Of a DNA stretch of 64,000 nt, positions 63,745 through 64,000 are shown in pieces. This DNA is from Mytilus californianus (lineage: Eukaryota). Location of the stretch: contig NW_026262668.1 in the NCBI RefSeq assembly GCF_021869535.1, forward strand, positions 71,548,001-71,612,000. The letters run 5' to 3'. How positions within the stretch are numbered: position 1 is the first letter of the stretch; each line of letters begins with the position of its first letter. Made by a program: the position numbers and the translations under genes. A model generated the notes under the pieces. It did no database searches. It was not told the origin of the DNA and saw only the letters and a list, made by a program, of their open reading frames with translations.

Positions 63745-64000
63745 TAAAATTGAGAATGGAAATGGGGAATGTGTCAAAGAGACAACAACCCGACCATAGA
63801 GCAGTCAACAGCCGAAGGCCACCAATGGGTCTTCAATGCAGCGAGAAACTCACGCACCCGGAGGTGTCCTTCAGCTGGCCTCTAAACAAATATGTATACT
63901 AGTTCAGTGATAATGGACGTCATACTCAACTCCAAATTATACACAAGAAACTAAAATTAAAAATGATACAAGACTAACAAAGGCCAGAGGCTCCTGACTT
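63745..64000 (-). repeat. Dispersed repeat related in layout to the 2030-2657 family, cut by the window edge
   Basis: aatggggaatgtgtcaaagagacaacaacccgacc...ggctcctgactt. Confidence 0.6.

Overview
AT-rich, intron-containing animal genomic DNA, most likely a mytilid bivalve (inferred from the repeat families). Most short ORFs in the track are noise; the real genes emerge only after splicing. (1) Three paralogous genes encode a signal peptide, an ~280-aa Cys-rich ectodomain (pattern recalls DUF7044/DUF7042), one TM helix and a long disordered tail. P1 (minus, exons 7611-2765) runs off the left edge. P2 (minus, 35496-14690) has 13 exons and 963 aa. P3 (plus, 36775-48914) has 10 exons and 617 aa. 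P2 and P3 are head-to-head. Exon phases match across paralogs, P2 and P3 each have a 9-nt Cys-encoding microexon, and their tails are unrelated. (2) The first three coding exons of DHX9 (RNA helicase A) lie at 58854-61602. (3) At least 12 minimal type-I hammerhead ribozyme motifs in three covarying subfamilies, including a ~354-nt tandem (retrozyme-like) array and a hammerhead joined to a Penelope-like RT fragment. (4) A decayed CR1/L2-group LINE, many Penelope-like 3' remnants, HINE/MITE-like and foldback elements, a satellite with a 147-bp higher-order period, an E-box-rich 54-bp minisatellite, a 681-bp tandem duplication and a probable decayed claudin-like processed pseudogene. All exon models were read by eye and need transcript confirmation.
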